Part shown: positions 28,821-38,560 of the stretch, in pieces
Layout of the letters: each line of letters begins with the position of its first letter
Position numbering within the stretch: position 1 is the first letter of the stretch
IMG/VR virus record: IMGVR_UViG_3300031413_000003
Span: 32,001-96,000 of that record
Source of the DNA: a virus
Reading direction: 5' to 3' (one strand)
Length of the DNA: 64,000 bases
Program-made: the position numbers and the translations under genes
Notes under the pieces: generated by a model
Databases searched by the model: none
Seen by the model: the letters and a program-made list of their open reading frames with translations, nothing else
What the model was told of the DNA's origin: nothing

Positions 28821-29228
28821 TCAATGTGACGCGGGTTTCGCTTGAGGATTGCGGCATAAAAAGAGATCGCGCTGCAAAGTAGAGTTCTCTGTATACAGAT
28901 TATCCACTTTATCAACGAGTTCACTGTTTGTTGCGCGCAGTTCAGCTGAAATCTTTTCCAGACCGCCTAAACGATCATTGACCTGGAAAAAAACATCACT
29001 GTGTTTAAGGTAGCTAACGTTCAGTTCCGTGTAATCCTGTTTTAATACCGAATAATCCATGTACTGCATAACGGACTGAAAGCAGATGACAATAACCACT
29101 ACCAATAAAAGAATTACCATTCCACAAGCGTGGCGGGCGATATCTAATATGGCAGTTTCACGTTCATCATAGTTTTTTGCCACCGATTCTATGAACCTGT
29201 CAAATAGCTCGACCCAACCCTTGAGCAT
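28821..29228 (-). CDS. Single-TM coiled-coil membrane protein (possible i-spanin-like)
   Basis: Start moved to ATG 29228 after GAGGGGG; TM MVILLLVVVIVICF, long coiled coil, C-terminal Cys. Confidence 0.65.
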   Translation of the reverse strand: MLKGWVELFDRFIESVAKNYDERETAILDIARHACGMVILLLVVVIVICFQSVMQYMDYSVLKQDYTELNVSYLKHSDVFFQVNDRLGGLEKISAELRATNSELVDKVDNLYTENSTLQRDLFLCRNPQAKPASH

Positions 29229-29260
29229 ATGATTTCCCCCTCTTTTGTAAGGCCCAAACA

Positions 29261-30598
29261 ATGACAACAACGTATCTTTCTTTTGCTGAAATAGCAAAGT
29301 TGCACAACAGTAAGGCGGTGTCACCCATCGGTGAATTGTCGGTACGTGCCCGCACCTTTGAGGTCGACCCTGATGTGTTTTCTTTAGATAGTTCAACCGA
29401 AGTTGTCTTGTACAACTTTGCTGCGATCAAAGACAATGCACCTACAACGCTACCCAAAGACCTCGCCACTCGACAGTTGAACATTGCCGATTGGCTGTAT
29501 CAACAGGCGCTTGCTGGTAACTTAACACAAAGCCGAGGCGATTGCCTTGCACTGTTAAAAGCCACCTTTACCCAGGCCATCGAATTTACCGCAGTAGGGG
29601 ATATGGTAACCAACGGCAGCATTTGGTTACCGAGTGTAGTAAAAGGCAACCACCTCGTATCCGTTAACGGTGGCGCTTCAACAGACCCACAAGCTTTCGC
29701 TCTCTGGTTTGCAGATGCGTACTTCCAGGACCAGTATCCAACAGCTACTTACTTCATTGTTCACCCTGTGCCGCTAACCGAAATCGATTCGCTGTATGAG
29801 ATGAACTATCAACAGTTGGCTGCGCGTCTCGCTTTAGAGACACCAACAGTAATTGCAGATCGCGAGCATGAGATCGCTGATAATTCGCCGTATACACTGC
29901 GTAGTGTTTCGGCTTACAACGTCTACGATTTGCTTAACACACCAAGCTTCGTTGAAGCGTACTGGCGTGTGCTAACCCGCGGCAATTATGTCGAGGACTC
30001 GGTCATGGAGCAAATTCGCCAAGAAATCTTGGCTCACTCCAAGTACACCGAAGAGCAGTGGGGAGAAAAGGTTCCTGATTTGTTTAACCCGAACGAGTTC
30101 TACGGGATTATCCGTTTCGACCGTTTAGGGTTGTTAAATAAAACCAATAGTACTTCCACGCTGTCACCGATTGTTGATCATGAAACAGAATTTAAATTTG
30201 TTGACGTCTATTTGACGCCTAATATGTCAACTGATCATGTCATAAAATCGACCCAGAGCATTCCGACCCTTTATAAGTCCATGCAATACAGCATGACGGC
30301 TAAAGTAAACAACCGGGATGGCTTCCAAAAGATGTCCGATGTTCTGCCAGATTACCAGTTAATCGAGAGCACCAGTCCTGACTTTGGTTTGATCTCTGCT
30401 GACACCCGTAAGTACCTGTTGGATATGGAAAACCTGTTGGCCGCAGCAGAAGTGGTCACCGAGTTCTCTCTTCCTCCTCAGGGTATCACAACAGTTAAAC
30501 GTTTCGGCAAGCTGTGGGTGACCAAGAAAATCAACAAGGTCAAATACCTGATCTTGACCCGTTATCAGATGGTTCAGGATAAACAGATTACTCAGTAA
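29261..30598 (+). CDS. Probable virion structural protein (phiKZ gp157-like by synteny)
   Basis: 445 aa; size and position. Confidence 0.65.
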   Translation: MTTTYLSFAEIAKLHNSKAVSPIGELSVRARTFEVDPDVFSLDSSTEVVLYNFAAIKDNAPTTLPKDLATRQLNIADWLYQQALAGNLTQSRGDCLALLKATFTQAIEFTAVGDMVTNGSIWLPSVVKGNHLVSVNGGASTDPQAFALWFADAYFQDQYPTATYFIVHPVPLTEIDSLYEMNYQQLAARLALETPTVIADREHEIADNSPYTLRSVSAYNVYDLLNTPSFVEAYWRVLTRGNYVEDSVMEQIRQEILAHSKYTEEQWGEKVPDLFNPNEFYGIIRFDRLGLLNKTNSTSTLSPIVDHETEFKFVDVYLTPNMSTDHVIKSTQSIPTLYKSMQYSMTAKVNNRDGFQKMSDVLPDYQLIESTSPDFGLISADTRKYLLDMENLLAAAEVVTEFSLPPQGITTVKRFGKLWVTKKINKVKYLILTRYQMVQDKQITQ

Positions 30599-30609
30599 GG
30601 TAATAAGGC

Positions 30610-31254
30610 ATGTCTGATACAAATGTTATCCCGTCCTATTTTGCGGCGGGGAGTTACACCGCCAACAATCCGTTTGACATGGTGGTCAAGCCGGAGAAGT
30701 ATTACAAGGTAGAGGCGCTTCGCTCAGTAAATGAAATGCTGGGTGATAATCAAAACATGTTTAAACTGATCTTCGAACCAGCAGGTGTTACTGCTACTGA
30801 TTATCAGAACATGTTGGACGATGTCACCAAACAGCAGGGTGCTATTCTGGTTTTAATCGCCAGTGACGGTAGCCGTGTTTATGTTCCCACAACTTACCTG
30901 AAATCATTTCCACTGACAGATGGTGTGAGTTATGAACGCCTGTGTTTGGTCATTGACCTCGGTGCTGTCCCGCCCGATCTCAAGAACAACATCGAAGACG
31001 TCAAGGATCACTTTGCTAATTATGCCGAAGCTCATATCGGGGTGAAAGCAAACGTCCAGGTTGGTACCATGCCGACCATTGGTTACGTGTCTGCTGAACA
31101 ACACAAGGCTAATGAAACCACGCGCTTGAACAAAATCGCGGGTTCAATGAATGACGTGGTTACAGTTGCGACGCAAGAAGAAACTATTGCCAAGCAAGCC
31201 GCCTACATCGTTCAGTTGGAAACGGCACTGAAAGCTGCACAACAAGCCAAGTAA
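30610..31254 (+). CDS. Conserved phiKZ-like hypothetical protein
   Basis: 214 aa; VYVPTTYLKSFP...YERLCLVIDLGAVP motif recalled from chimallivirus core genes; C-terminal coiled coil. Confidence 0.7.
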   Translation: MSDTNVIPSYFAAGSYTANNPFDMVVKPEKYYKVEALRSVNEMLGDNQNMFKLIFEPAGVTATDYQNMLDDVTKQQGAILVLIASDGSRVYVPTTYLKSFPLTDGVSYERLCLVIDLGAVPPDLKNNIEDVKDHFANYAEAHIGVKANVQVGTMPTIGYVSAEQHKANETTRLNKIAGSMNDVVTVATQEETIAKQAAYIVQLETALKAAQQAK

Positions 31255-31263
31255 TAAAAGAAG

Positions 31264-31295
31264 TAATACTCCTACCCGCAAGGGTAGGAGTATTA
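31264..31295. terminator. Bidirectional terminator hairpin (repeat family)
   Basis: TAATACTCCTACCC-GCAA-GGGTAGGAGTATTA; identical to 46552-46583. Confidence 0.8.
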
Positions 31296-31820
31296 TTATT
31301 TGTTCGTTAAAACGAAATCGATAACAGCAGAAGGAACACGTAACACAGCTTCAGCAGAATCGATCAACTCCGCTTTAACTAAATGCTGCGCGGTCATCGC
31401 CTGAGGATCTGACCAGGTGGTGTGGGTAAGACCAAACAGCTCAACCATTTTCGCCGGGAACTGCATACCAGCATAATTGGTGGTAAGCAGGTATGGGAAC
31501 CATTGACCTTCATAACGCAAGAAGCAAACTACTTCTTTACCTTCTTGTTCGTCAAAGAAGATCGGAGTAAGCAACTGCTTACCGTTCAGACACCCACTGC
31601 ACTCCCAGCCTTCAGGTGTTTCCGGTAACAGAGTGTAGTCATTATCGATGGGTTCATACTTTTCGATATTGCGCTGATGAATAAAGGTTACTGCGGCTTC
31701 TTTCGCCAGAACATCATTAATCGCGATCGCCTCAATAAAGAGTTGATAGAGCGCGCCGCGCATACCGATTAAGGAAAAGACTTCATCGTTGTTCTTTTTG
31801 GGACGAGGGGCAAGTGCCAT
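31296..31820 (-). CDS. Hypothetical protein
   Basis: Start moved to ATG 31820 after AGGAG. Confidence 0.75.
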   Translation of the reverse strand: MALAPRPKKNNDEVFSLIGMRGALYQLFIEAIAINDVLAKEAAVTFIHQRNIEKYEPIDNDYTLLPETPEGWECSGCLNGKQLLTPIFFDEQEGKEVVCFLRYEGQWFPYLLTTNYAGMQFPAKMVELFGLTHTTWSDPQAMTAQHLVKAELIDSAEAVLRVPSAVIDFVLTNK

Positions 31821-31875
31821 AATAAAGCTCCTGAATAAACTGAGGGGTCGCACCCTCAGTTTAGTTAACGGTTAA

Positions 31876-33150
31876 TTAGAAACGTTCGGTACGAACTTCG
31901 CCAACTTTATGCTCAGCAATTTCTGCCGGATCAGTGATCACACGCTTGGTGCTGAACGGACGCAGCAGCGAGTGGCCAGAGGTCAGCAGTTTGGTGTACA
32001 TCAGTTGGACGAACTCCTGACGATACTTCGCGTGCAGAGACGGAGAGAAGTCTTTCAGCAGAGTTGGTTCATCCGCGTTGGTGTAGTCGTACGCTTTCCA
32101 GCTGTTGAGATCAAGACCTGGCTTGCCGTCGAGTTCGATGACTTCTTTCATCAGCTCTTCGTTAGCCACATCCACTTCTGCATCCAGCGCGTGCAGGTCC
32201 ATGCCGTAAACCATTTCAGACGATTTCATCACGCGGTTCCATGCGCCGGCGAACAGACGTTTGATGGTGAACGTGCGCAGTTCGTGGTCTGCATCGCTCA
32301 TCTGGAAATGCTGATCGATATAGGTGTTGAAACCATTGAACACGGTGTCCAGTCGAATCAGTGCGGTGCGTGAAGCTTCGCTGGTGAAGGTCGCTTCCCA
32401 ATCTTTCGGGTCAAGCTTAGCAGGCACGATACCAAAGTCAGCATCGTTGTCGCCAGACAGTTTCCAGCCGAAGCGGCTCAGAGACGCATAGACCTTGTGG
32501 TTCTCGAAATCAATGAAGTTCGAGTAGTGCAGCAGGTGATCACGTTTGATCTCTTTGTCTGCGTGCAGCACCATCAGGTTACGCTTAACCAGGTGGAACG
32601 CGTCGTTCAGCATTTGACCGGCTTTGTGGAAGCGAGTTTCCAGCGCTTCGATATCGCCGTTGGTGAATGTTTCAGAACCTTTGAACTGCATTTCAGCCAA
32701 CAGCACGCTTACCGGCCAGTCCAGACCCAGATCCTGCATGACCATCTGTTGTGCATAGAACTGGTTGTTAGGCAGCTTTTCCAGGAACAGTTGTTCGCGC
32801 GGATCTTCTTCGCCTTTAGCGAATTCATAACCCAGCTGATCTTGGACGTAAGCCATTTTCTTCAGCAGAGAGATGACCTTTTCCCACTTGGAAGCTGGGA
32901 TACGGTAGGTGTGGTATTTCTCGTTGCTCATGACATAGTTGATGTCATACGCCGGGATACGGTCAACGGTTTTCTGCATCGGTTCGACGCGACCATCTTC
33001 GGTCTGACGCTGACCGGCTTGAACTTGTTTGATCGAGGAGTCAGTCACGATCACATCTACCAGCTGACGTTCGTCACCGGTACCAATGCAACGATTGAAG
33101 AAATCGAACAAAATGGTGGTGGTGATCTTAGAGTTTGCAGCTTGTAACAT
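31876..33150 (-). CDS. Hypothetical protein with strong codon bias, putative abundant early protein
   Basis: 424 aa, AAGGA SD; CTG/AAC/TTC/ATC/CGT-type codons dominate; below promoter motif copy 3. Confidence 0.85.
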   Translation of the reverse strand: MLQAANSKITTTILFDFFNRCIGTGDERQLVDVIVTDSSIKQVQAGQRQTEDGRVEPMQKTVDRIPAYDINYVMSNEKYHTYRIPASKWEKVISLLKKMAYVQDQLGYEFAKGEEDPREQLFLEKLPNNQFYAQQMVMQDLGLDWPVSVLLAEMQFKGSETFTNGDIEALETRFHKAGQMLNDAFHLVKRNLMVLHADKEIKRDHLLHYSNFIDFENHKVYASLSRFGWKLSGDNDADFGIVPAKLDPKDWEATFTSEASRTALIRLDTVFNGFNTYIDQHFQMSDADHELRTFTIKRLFAGAWNRVMKSSEMVYGMDLHALDAEVDVANEELMKEVIELDGKPGLDLNSWKAYDYTNADEPTLLKDFSPSLHAKYRQEFVQLMYTKLLTSGHSLLRPFSTKRVITDPAEIAEHKVGEVRTERF

Positions 33151-33229
33151 AAGAAATATCCTTTTGGATTATTGTAAATAACGTCAATGAACAATAAGTT
33201 AATGACATAGTGAAAAAGTATTTGAGTAT

Positions 33230-33256
33230 CTACCTAAATCATATAGGTCTGAAAAA
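33230..33256 (-). promoter_or_regulatory. Putative early promoter, copy 3
   Basis: Minus strand TTTTTCAGACCTATATGATTTAGGTAG. Confidence 0.7.
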
Positions 33257-33272
33257 TTAACAGGACGAGGAT

Positions 33273-35336
33273 ATGTTTGATTATTTGTTCGATCCCAAGA
33301 TAGAGGAAAAGGGTGACTATTACGTTATCCGAGGTGTCCCGTTCTATCAGTTGTCTATGGACTTCCAATCGGCTTATGGAACAAGCTACATTACCAAAGC
33401 GATGTTGGTGAAAATCAACAACTACAGCTTCAGGGTTCACAAGTTCTTTATGGTAGAGTTTCATTACACGTTAATGAAAGTCATCCATGCCAAACGCCTG
33501 CGTACACCACTGGATAAGTTAATCAAACTCCAGTACGTCGTCGAGAACGAAACCTGGTTTGCTGAAACTATCACACCTAAGATCTTTGATAACTTCGATA
33601 AGTTCAAGGGTGAGTTTCACAGCGCACCTGATTACAACCAAGAGAAGTTTCTTCGTGAATACGGGACCATCACCAACGCCTACTTTTTGAAGGGGTTGTT
33701 GTTGGATGCCAAGGCTGGATCCGGTAAAACATTTACTACCTTGTTCTGGTCACGCATGACCGGTAATAAACAAACGGTGATCATCTGCCCCGATGGCATT
33801 ATCGACAGCATCTGGAAAGCCGAGATTGCTAAGCACTTCAAGAAGAAACCCACCGTATGGACAACCATTGACGGCACAGAGATTAATGATGAAGCCGACT
33901 ACATCATCATTCACTATTCTGCGCTGACCTCGAGCTGGGCGCCTAAGTTAGAGAAATGGTTGTTGGATCGCGCTAAAAGAACCAAGATGGCATTTAACCT
34001 GATTATCGATGAGTGTCATAACTTCAACGATGAAACGGCTAAGCGCTCTCAATTGGTTACGGCCTGGTCTGACATGGGTTTGTTTAATCAAGTGGTGCCG
34101 ATGTCAGGCACACCATTGAAGGCGATGGGTCGTGAGTGTTATACCGTCTTCACGTTAATCGATAAACTGTTTGCCGGTAATGCCCGTAAAGAGTTCCTGG
34201 CGTTGTACGGTCGGAGTCGTGAAAACCTCAACGAACTGCTGCGTCACCGTATTGGTCGTGCGAAGTTCACCATCCCCTCTATTAACGGTATGGGTCCTAA
34301 GCCACCGGTTGTCACCATCCCGGTTGATATCCCCAATGCAGAACGCTACACCCTGAAGAATGTGCGTTCGGAAATGATGATCTATATTGAGGAAAGGGTT
34401 AAGTTCTACTATACCCATCTCGATGCGTACAACCGTTTCTTCTGGGAATGCGTCAATGACTTTGGTGAGGCGACCCGCGGCAATCCTTCTGATGAAGCGG
34501 ACTATAATCGTTACGTTGCGATTGTTAAACGCTTTAAACTCAAAGGCTTCCGTAGCTTTGATGCTGTGGATATTCGCGACAATACTTTCTGTAAGAAGTA
34601 TGAAGAAGAGTTGATGCAATGGCTCCCTCGTGACAAGGTCAAGCTCTTTAAGAATATACGCTCTGCGGTGAAGTACCTGGGCTTGAAAATCCGTGGTGAG
34701 GCGTTGGGCAACGTATTAGGGAAAATGCGTGAGGAAGCGGCTACGGCGCTTATACGCTATGCTGGATTACCCGACCTGGTTCGCAGTGCCAAGAAGAAAA
34801 CGTTGATCTTCTCGAGCTATGTGAATTCCGTGGTTTATTGCGCGGAATACATGAAAGGTGAAGGCTTTACGCCTATTGCGGTTTATGGCGAAACCAACCA
34901 TGATCGTGATGACAACCTCAAGCTCATGGAGACTAATCCCCTTCTCAATCCAGGAGTGGCGTCGTATGACTCCTTGAAAGAAGGCTATCACTGCATATGG
35001 GCTAACCAGATTATCATGCTTAATCCACCGTGGCGTGATTATATCCTGGAACAGGTCACAGCACGTGTGTGGCGTAAAGGTCAAGACACGGAATGTTGGT
35101 TCTGGTTACTGGATCTCAACACTGGGGATGATCTCAATATCTCCAGTCGTTCTATTGACATCTTGAAGTGGTCAGCAGAACAGGTAGACCAGTTGATGAG
35201 TAAAGCCGCGGGCTATGGTGGTAACGCGGAGTTCTCTGGTGTCATGGGTGCTGAGGTTTATAAGGCTCCGTGGATCATTGAAGAAGAGGCAACTCAACCG
35301 TTGTATTTCAACAGTAATCCTTTCTCTATATTTTAA
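33273..35336 (+). CDS. SF2 (SNF2/DExH-like) helicase
   Basis: Walker A AKAGSGKT, DECH, motif III SGTP, LIFS, motif VI QVTARVWRKGQ; GAGGA SD. Confidence 0.9.
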   Translation: MFDYLFDPKIEEKGDYYVIRGVPFYQLSMDFQSAYGTSYITKAMLVKINNYSFRVHKFFMVEFHYTLMKVIHAKRLRTPLDKLIKLQYVVENETWFAETITPKIFDNFDKFKGEFHSAPDYNQEKFLREYGTITNAYFLKGLLLDAKAGSGKTFTTLFWSRMTGNKQTVIICPDGIIDSIWKAEIAKHFKKKPTVWTTIDGTEINDEADYIIIHYSALTSSWAPKLEKWLLDRAKRTKMAFNLIIDECHNFNDETAKRSQLVTAWSDMGLFNQVVPMSGTPLKAMGRECYTVFTLIDKLFAGNARKEFLALYGRSRENLNELLRHRIGRAKFTIPSINGMGPKPPVVTIPVDIPNAERYTLKNVRSEMMIYIEERVKFYYTHLDAYNRFFWECVNDFGEATRGNPSDEADYNRYVAIVKRFKLKGFRSFDAVDIRDNTFCKKYEEELMQWLPRDKVKLFKNIRSAVKYLGLKIRGEALGNVLGKMREEAATALIRYAGLPDLVRSAKKKTLIFSSYVNSVVYCAEYMKGEGFTPIAVYGETNHDRDDNLKLMETNPLLNPGVASYDSLKEGYHCIWANQIIMLNPPWRDYILEQVTARVWRKGQDTECWFWLLDLNTGDDLNISSRSIDILKWSAEQVDQLMSKAAGYGGNAEFSGVMGAEVYKAPWIIEEEATQPLYFNSNPFSIF

Positions 35337-35351
35337 AAAACAACATAAAGA

Positions 35352-35381
35352 CTACTCTACTCCCGCAAGGGAGTAGAGTAG
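35352..35381. terminator. Bidirectional terminator hairpin
   Basis: CTACTCTACTCCC-GCAA-GGGAGTAGAGTAG between convergent genes. Confidence 0.8.
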
Positions 35382-35398
35382 GAGTCAGCTAACCGTGA

Positions 35399-36052
35399 TT
35401 ACATGGTTGCGTCGTAGGTGCTGTCATCCAGGTTGCCGTAATCGGTCGCTGGGATGGTCAGAACGCTGGCGCCAACAGGAGCGAAGTAAACCGCATCAGC
35501 GATGAAGTTATCTTCGAACTGATAGGTGCTGCCAACCAGGGTAACTTTCTTGTCCGCAGAGTTGAAAGTGTAAAGCAGAGCTGGATCCAGGATCGCTTCG
35601 ATGTTCGCGATGGTTGCAGCCGGTTTATCAGCGTCGGCAGTGCCATCAGCAATCGGGGCGTGGATAACCAGCAGCGCAGTTTTACCGTTCAGCTCAGGAA
35701 CAGCAACCTGATAAACGCCGGCGGTATCGATGTGCTGGATTGCATCCAGGAACGACGCCTGATCGGTCACGTTGTCCAGGGTTTTGGTGGTGAAGGTGGT
35801 GACTTTCGGGTTGTTCAACTTAGCACGTTTGAAAGTCTGAGTATCTTTTTCAGATTTCCAGGCGCGGGTTGCAGAACTTACCGTGGCGCTGACGATACCG
35901 GTCGAAGAGTCAACGGCCAGATCGGCGATAGTGACATCAGCTTCGGTCAGGTTAGCAAAGCGAGCTGCGATAGCGGGATCCGCTGCATAACGGGTTTGGT
36001 TGTACACACTCAGCGCATTGATGAAAAGCGCAACGGACTTCTTAGCGGCCAT
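35399..36052 (-). CDS. Probable virion protein; shares an N-terminal module with 55932-56519 and 59368-61344
   Basis: 217 aa, Ala/Thr-rich, biased codons; LFINALSVYNQTRYAADP...NLTEADVT pattern. Confidence 0.75.
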   Translation of the reverse strand: MAAKKSVALFINALSVYNQTRYAADPAIAARFANLTEADVTIADLAVDSSTGIVSATVSSATRAWKSEKDTQTFKRAKLNNPKVTTFTTKTLDNVTDQASFLDAIQHIDTAGVYQVAVPELNGKTALLVIHAPIADGTADADKPAATIANIEAILDPALLYTFNSADKKVTLVGSTYQFEDNFIADAVYFAPVGASVLTIPATDYGNLDDSTYDATM

Positions 36053-36110
36053 AACAATTTATTCCTTTTCGAAAATTAATGTCGACATATGTATGATGAA
36101 GCATAAAATG

Positions 36111-36392
36111 TCAAATAAGATAGAACAGTGATGCCCCAAAAGGTACGACCCAAAAAAGGTCTATGTCAACAACTTTTCCACCTAAAAGAATCTTGGAAAG
36201 GGAATAAGTCGCGACGAAGCAGAACATAAAAATTATGTAAATTGCAAAGAATAAAAGGACATCGGTTAGGTGAGCAAGTTTGTTTTCGCTGAATAAGCAA
36301 ATGCCGCTTATCACAACTGAGAACAGAACAAGCAGGAGATGTCCGAGACATCCCAGTTTACACCTGGTATGGTATTTGAACAAATCAGTCAT
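36111..36392 (-). CDS. Small membrane protein (2-3 TM)
   Basis: 93 aa, hydrophobic segments, AGGAGGA SD. Confidence 0.7.
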   Translation of the reverse strand: MTDLFKYHTRCKLGCLGHLLLVLFSVVISGICLFSENKLAHLTDVLLFFAIYIIFMFCFVATYSLSKILLGGKVVDIDLFWVVPFGASLFYLI

Positions 36393-36480
36393 TCTTTCCT
36401 CCTAGGATCTGGAAATGGATTGAATGCTGTGTGTTTTTTAATTCCCCATAGATTTGTCGACAAAAAATAACAAAAAAATA

Positions 36481-36509
36481 ACAGGGGAGACAATCCGTCT
36501 CTCCCCTGT
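36481..36509 (-). terminator. Hairpin terminator
   Basis: ACAGGGGAGA / TCTCCCCTGT stem followed on the minus strand by TATTTTTTTGTTATTTTTT. Confidence 0.7.
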
Positions 36510-36524
36510 AGGCCGTTAGGCTAA

Positions 36525-37247
36525 TTAAAGCAGAATCAGTAAACCCAGCTCAGGATGCAAACGACAACTACAACGTTGTGAGAGCATGCCCATAAACATA
36601 ATTGAATCATAGAAAGAAGGGATCTTTAATTCCTTTTGTTGCTGGGGACCATTACTTGGTTTTTCAGCTTGACGCTGCGATGCGGTTTCCTTTTCAGGGG
36701 AAGTCGCTTTATCAAGCGCTGCGATGATATCAGATTGAAGATCTTTACGCAGGTTACCGAGTAACTCACGCAGAAGATCTTTTGTCTCTTTCTCTTGATC
36801 TTCCGCAATCAATCCCATGTAACGTTCGAGGTATTTCTTTTTACGCTCTTTTACCGTACCGGCAACATCTTGCAGGATACGCAAAGCAACGCCATCCTCA
36901 CCCTGGATAATGTCGAAGCGATACAAGACGTCGTCAATCGAAAAGTCAGGAAGACGTTCGTGGATAACATAACCCACTGGCGACTCTGCCAACATTTTCC
37001 GATAGTGCTCTGCGTCACGCCATTTATAATTGGCATCACGAGAAACCTGCGGGCCGGTCAGCGACCTGATTTTGTAAACCAGCATCTCAAGATGCCGACC
37101 AGAACTATGGGTGATTTCAGCGAGGCGGCGATCGTCCAACGCGTCGGGGTAGAACCCTCTATTTAAAAGTTCTTCCAGATTGAAGAATAAGGTGGGTGAT
37201 TTCTTTTCCTGGAACTGGAAGTTAGTTTCGTCTTGATTGATACTCAT
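36525..37247 (-). CDS. Hypothetical protein
   Basis: 240 aa, AAGGA SD. Confidence 0.7.
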   Translation of the reverse strand: MSINQDETNFQFQEKKSPTLFFNLEELLNRGFYPDALDDRRLAEITHSSGRHLEMLVYKIRSLTGPQVSRDANYKWRDAEHYRKMLAESPVGYVIHERLPDFSIDDVLYRFDIIQGEDGVALRILQDVAGTVKERKKKYLERYMGLIAEDQEKETKDLLRELLGNLRKDLQSDIIAALDKATSPEKETASQRQAEKPSNGPQQQKELKIPSFYDSIMFMGMLSQRCSCRLHPELGLLILL

Positions 37248-37276
37248 GATAATATTTCCTTAGTAAAAGAGGTTGA

Positions 37277-38500
37277 TTAACCGCGATGTTTGCCGCGATT
37301 AACTTCGATAACTTTCTTTGTCTCTTTCTTGCGACGACGCGGAGACATCTTCGACGCCTCATTTTTAGAGAGAGGTCTGAGGCGACGTTTAACAACTTTT
37401 ACTTTGGTGACGCGACAATCAAGTTCATCACCCAGTTTTTTCACAACCATATCGACTTCGGCGCGGTCTTCTGAGCAAAACTTTAACGGGTCGATAGTGA
37501 TCAAATGATCCACTTCGTTTTGCAGACTGTTACCAGAGTGGAACACAGACTTACTTAGGTTTGTCGCAGCCCCCTGAATATGAATGTGGTCGCGAACTAA
37601 CCCCTTGTGCGGGATCCTAAGTTCGGCATTCAACACCACGGGAAGTTTATCTGGAAAACACTGCGCTTTCTCCGGATCCCACTCGCCGGTTTCCAGCGCA
37701 TTCAATAACGAGAATAAACCTTTACGTGATTCCGGGGTTTGGAAATCCTGGTGGTGTTTGAGATTACACAGTGTGCGATACATGCTCGCCGCTTCCTGTG
37801 ACATCACATGACCTGCTTCGAGTGCATAAGTCTCGTCACCCGCTTCGTCTTCCAGTTGACGTTTTTGGTTTTGATATAAACGATCGCTTGACATCCGCCC
37901 TATTGACTGATCGCATCTGCCAGTCGGATCGAAAGCACTATGGCTTTCCATATTCGGGAAGCCATCTGGTAAAGCAAAGTTACCGGACAAGATGTGGGGG
38001 AGTTCTTTGTCTAACTCATCTTTTTCTTCTTGAGTTAACGCTGAACCTTTCAGTGCGGCAGCCATGTCGTAGGCCGCCTGCGCCGGAGAAATTAGATCAT
38101 CTTTTGGTTGACGGAGTGACTCTTCATAAGCCTCATTATCGAGATGATAGGTGAGGTTGTTAGCATCACCCAATATTGCCTGGACTTCTTCAGGGGTCAA
38201 TTTGGTCCCGCAGGCACGTCCGTCGGCTAAAACCTTATTGAGTTTGGCATAATGAATCTCGGTAGGATCGCCACGTTTGATTGCATCTTCCAGTCTTTTT
38301 GAAGCTTCAAAAGAGGAGGCGGCTAAACCTTCCTCTTGGACGTTATTACTGCAACGATCTTCTTCACCTACGACCGGAAAGAACTTGTTGTCATTGATGG
38401 CGAAAGGATGAGTTGATTCACGCGTTGGCTTAGGGATGCTAACCACACGCTTTTCTTTCCAGAAAAGATTAAGGATAAGGCGTTTAATAGCTTTGAACAT
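37277..38500 (-). CDS. Hypothetical protein with basic C-terminus
   Basis: Start moved to ATG 38500 after GGAGA; Lys/Arg-rich tail. Confidence 0.75.
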   Translation of the reverse strand: MFKAIKRLILNLFWKEKRVVSIPKPTRESTHPFAINDNKFFPVVGEEDRCSNNVQEEGLAASSFEASKRLEDAIKRGDPTEIHYAKLNKVLADGRACGTKLTPEEVQAILGDANNLTYHLDNEAYEESLRQPKDDLISPAQAAYDMAAALKGSALTQEEKDELDKELPHILSGNFALPDGFPNMESHSAFDPTGRCDQSIGRMSSDRLYQNQKRQLEDEAGDETYALEAGHVMSQEAASMYRTLCNLKHHQDFQTPESRKGLFSLLNALETGEWDPEKAQCFPDKLPVVLNAELRIPHKGLVRDHIHIQGAATNLSKSVFHSGNSLQNEVDHLITIDPLKFCSEDRAEVDMVVKKLGDELDCRVTKVKVVKRRLRPLSKNEASKMSPRRRKKETKKVIEVNRGKHRG

Positions 38501-38560
38501 GATAATTCTCCCGAAGATAAAAGAACAGGCCAAGGTTCCCCCCAGCCTGTTGGATTATTG

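Noticed and set aside
29200-29484. 94-aa minus ORF and the long 5' extension of 28821-29396
   Set aside because: Both overlap the plus-strand gene 29261-30598; the SD-supported start is 29228.
31909-33147. Long antisense ORFs 31909-32373 and 32497-33147
   Set aside because: Explained by the strong codon bias of 31876-33150, which removes antisense stops.
36111-36392. Holin assignment for the small multi-TM protein
   Set aside because: Far from the endolysin, no charged C-terminal tail or dual start; hydrophobicity alone is insufficient.
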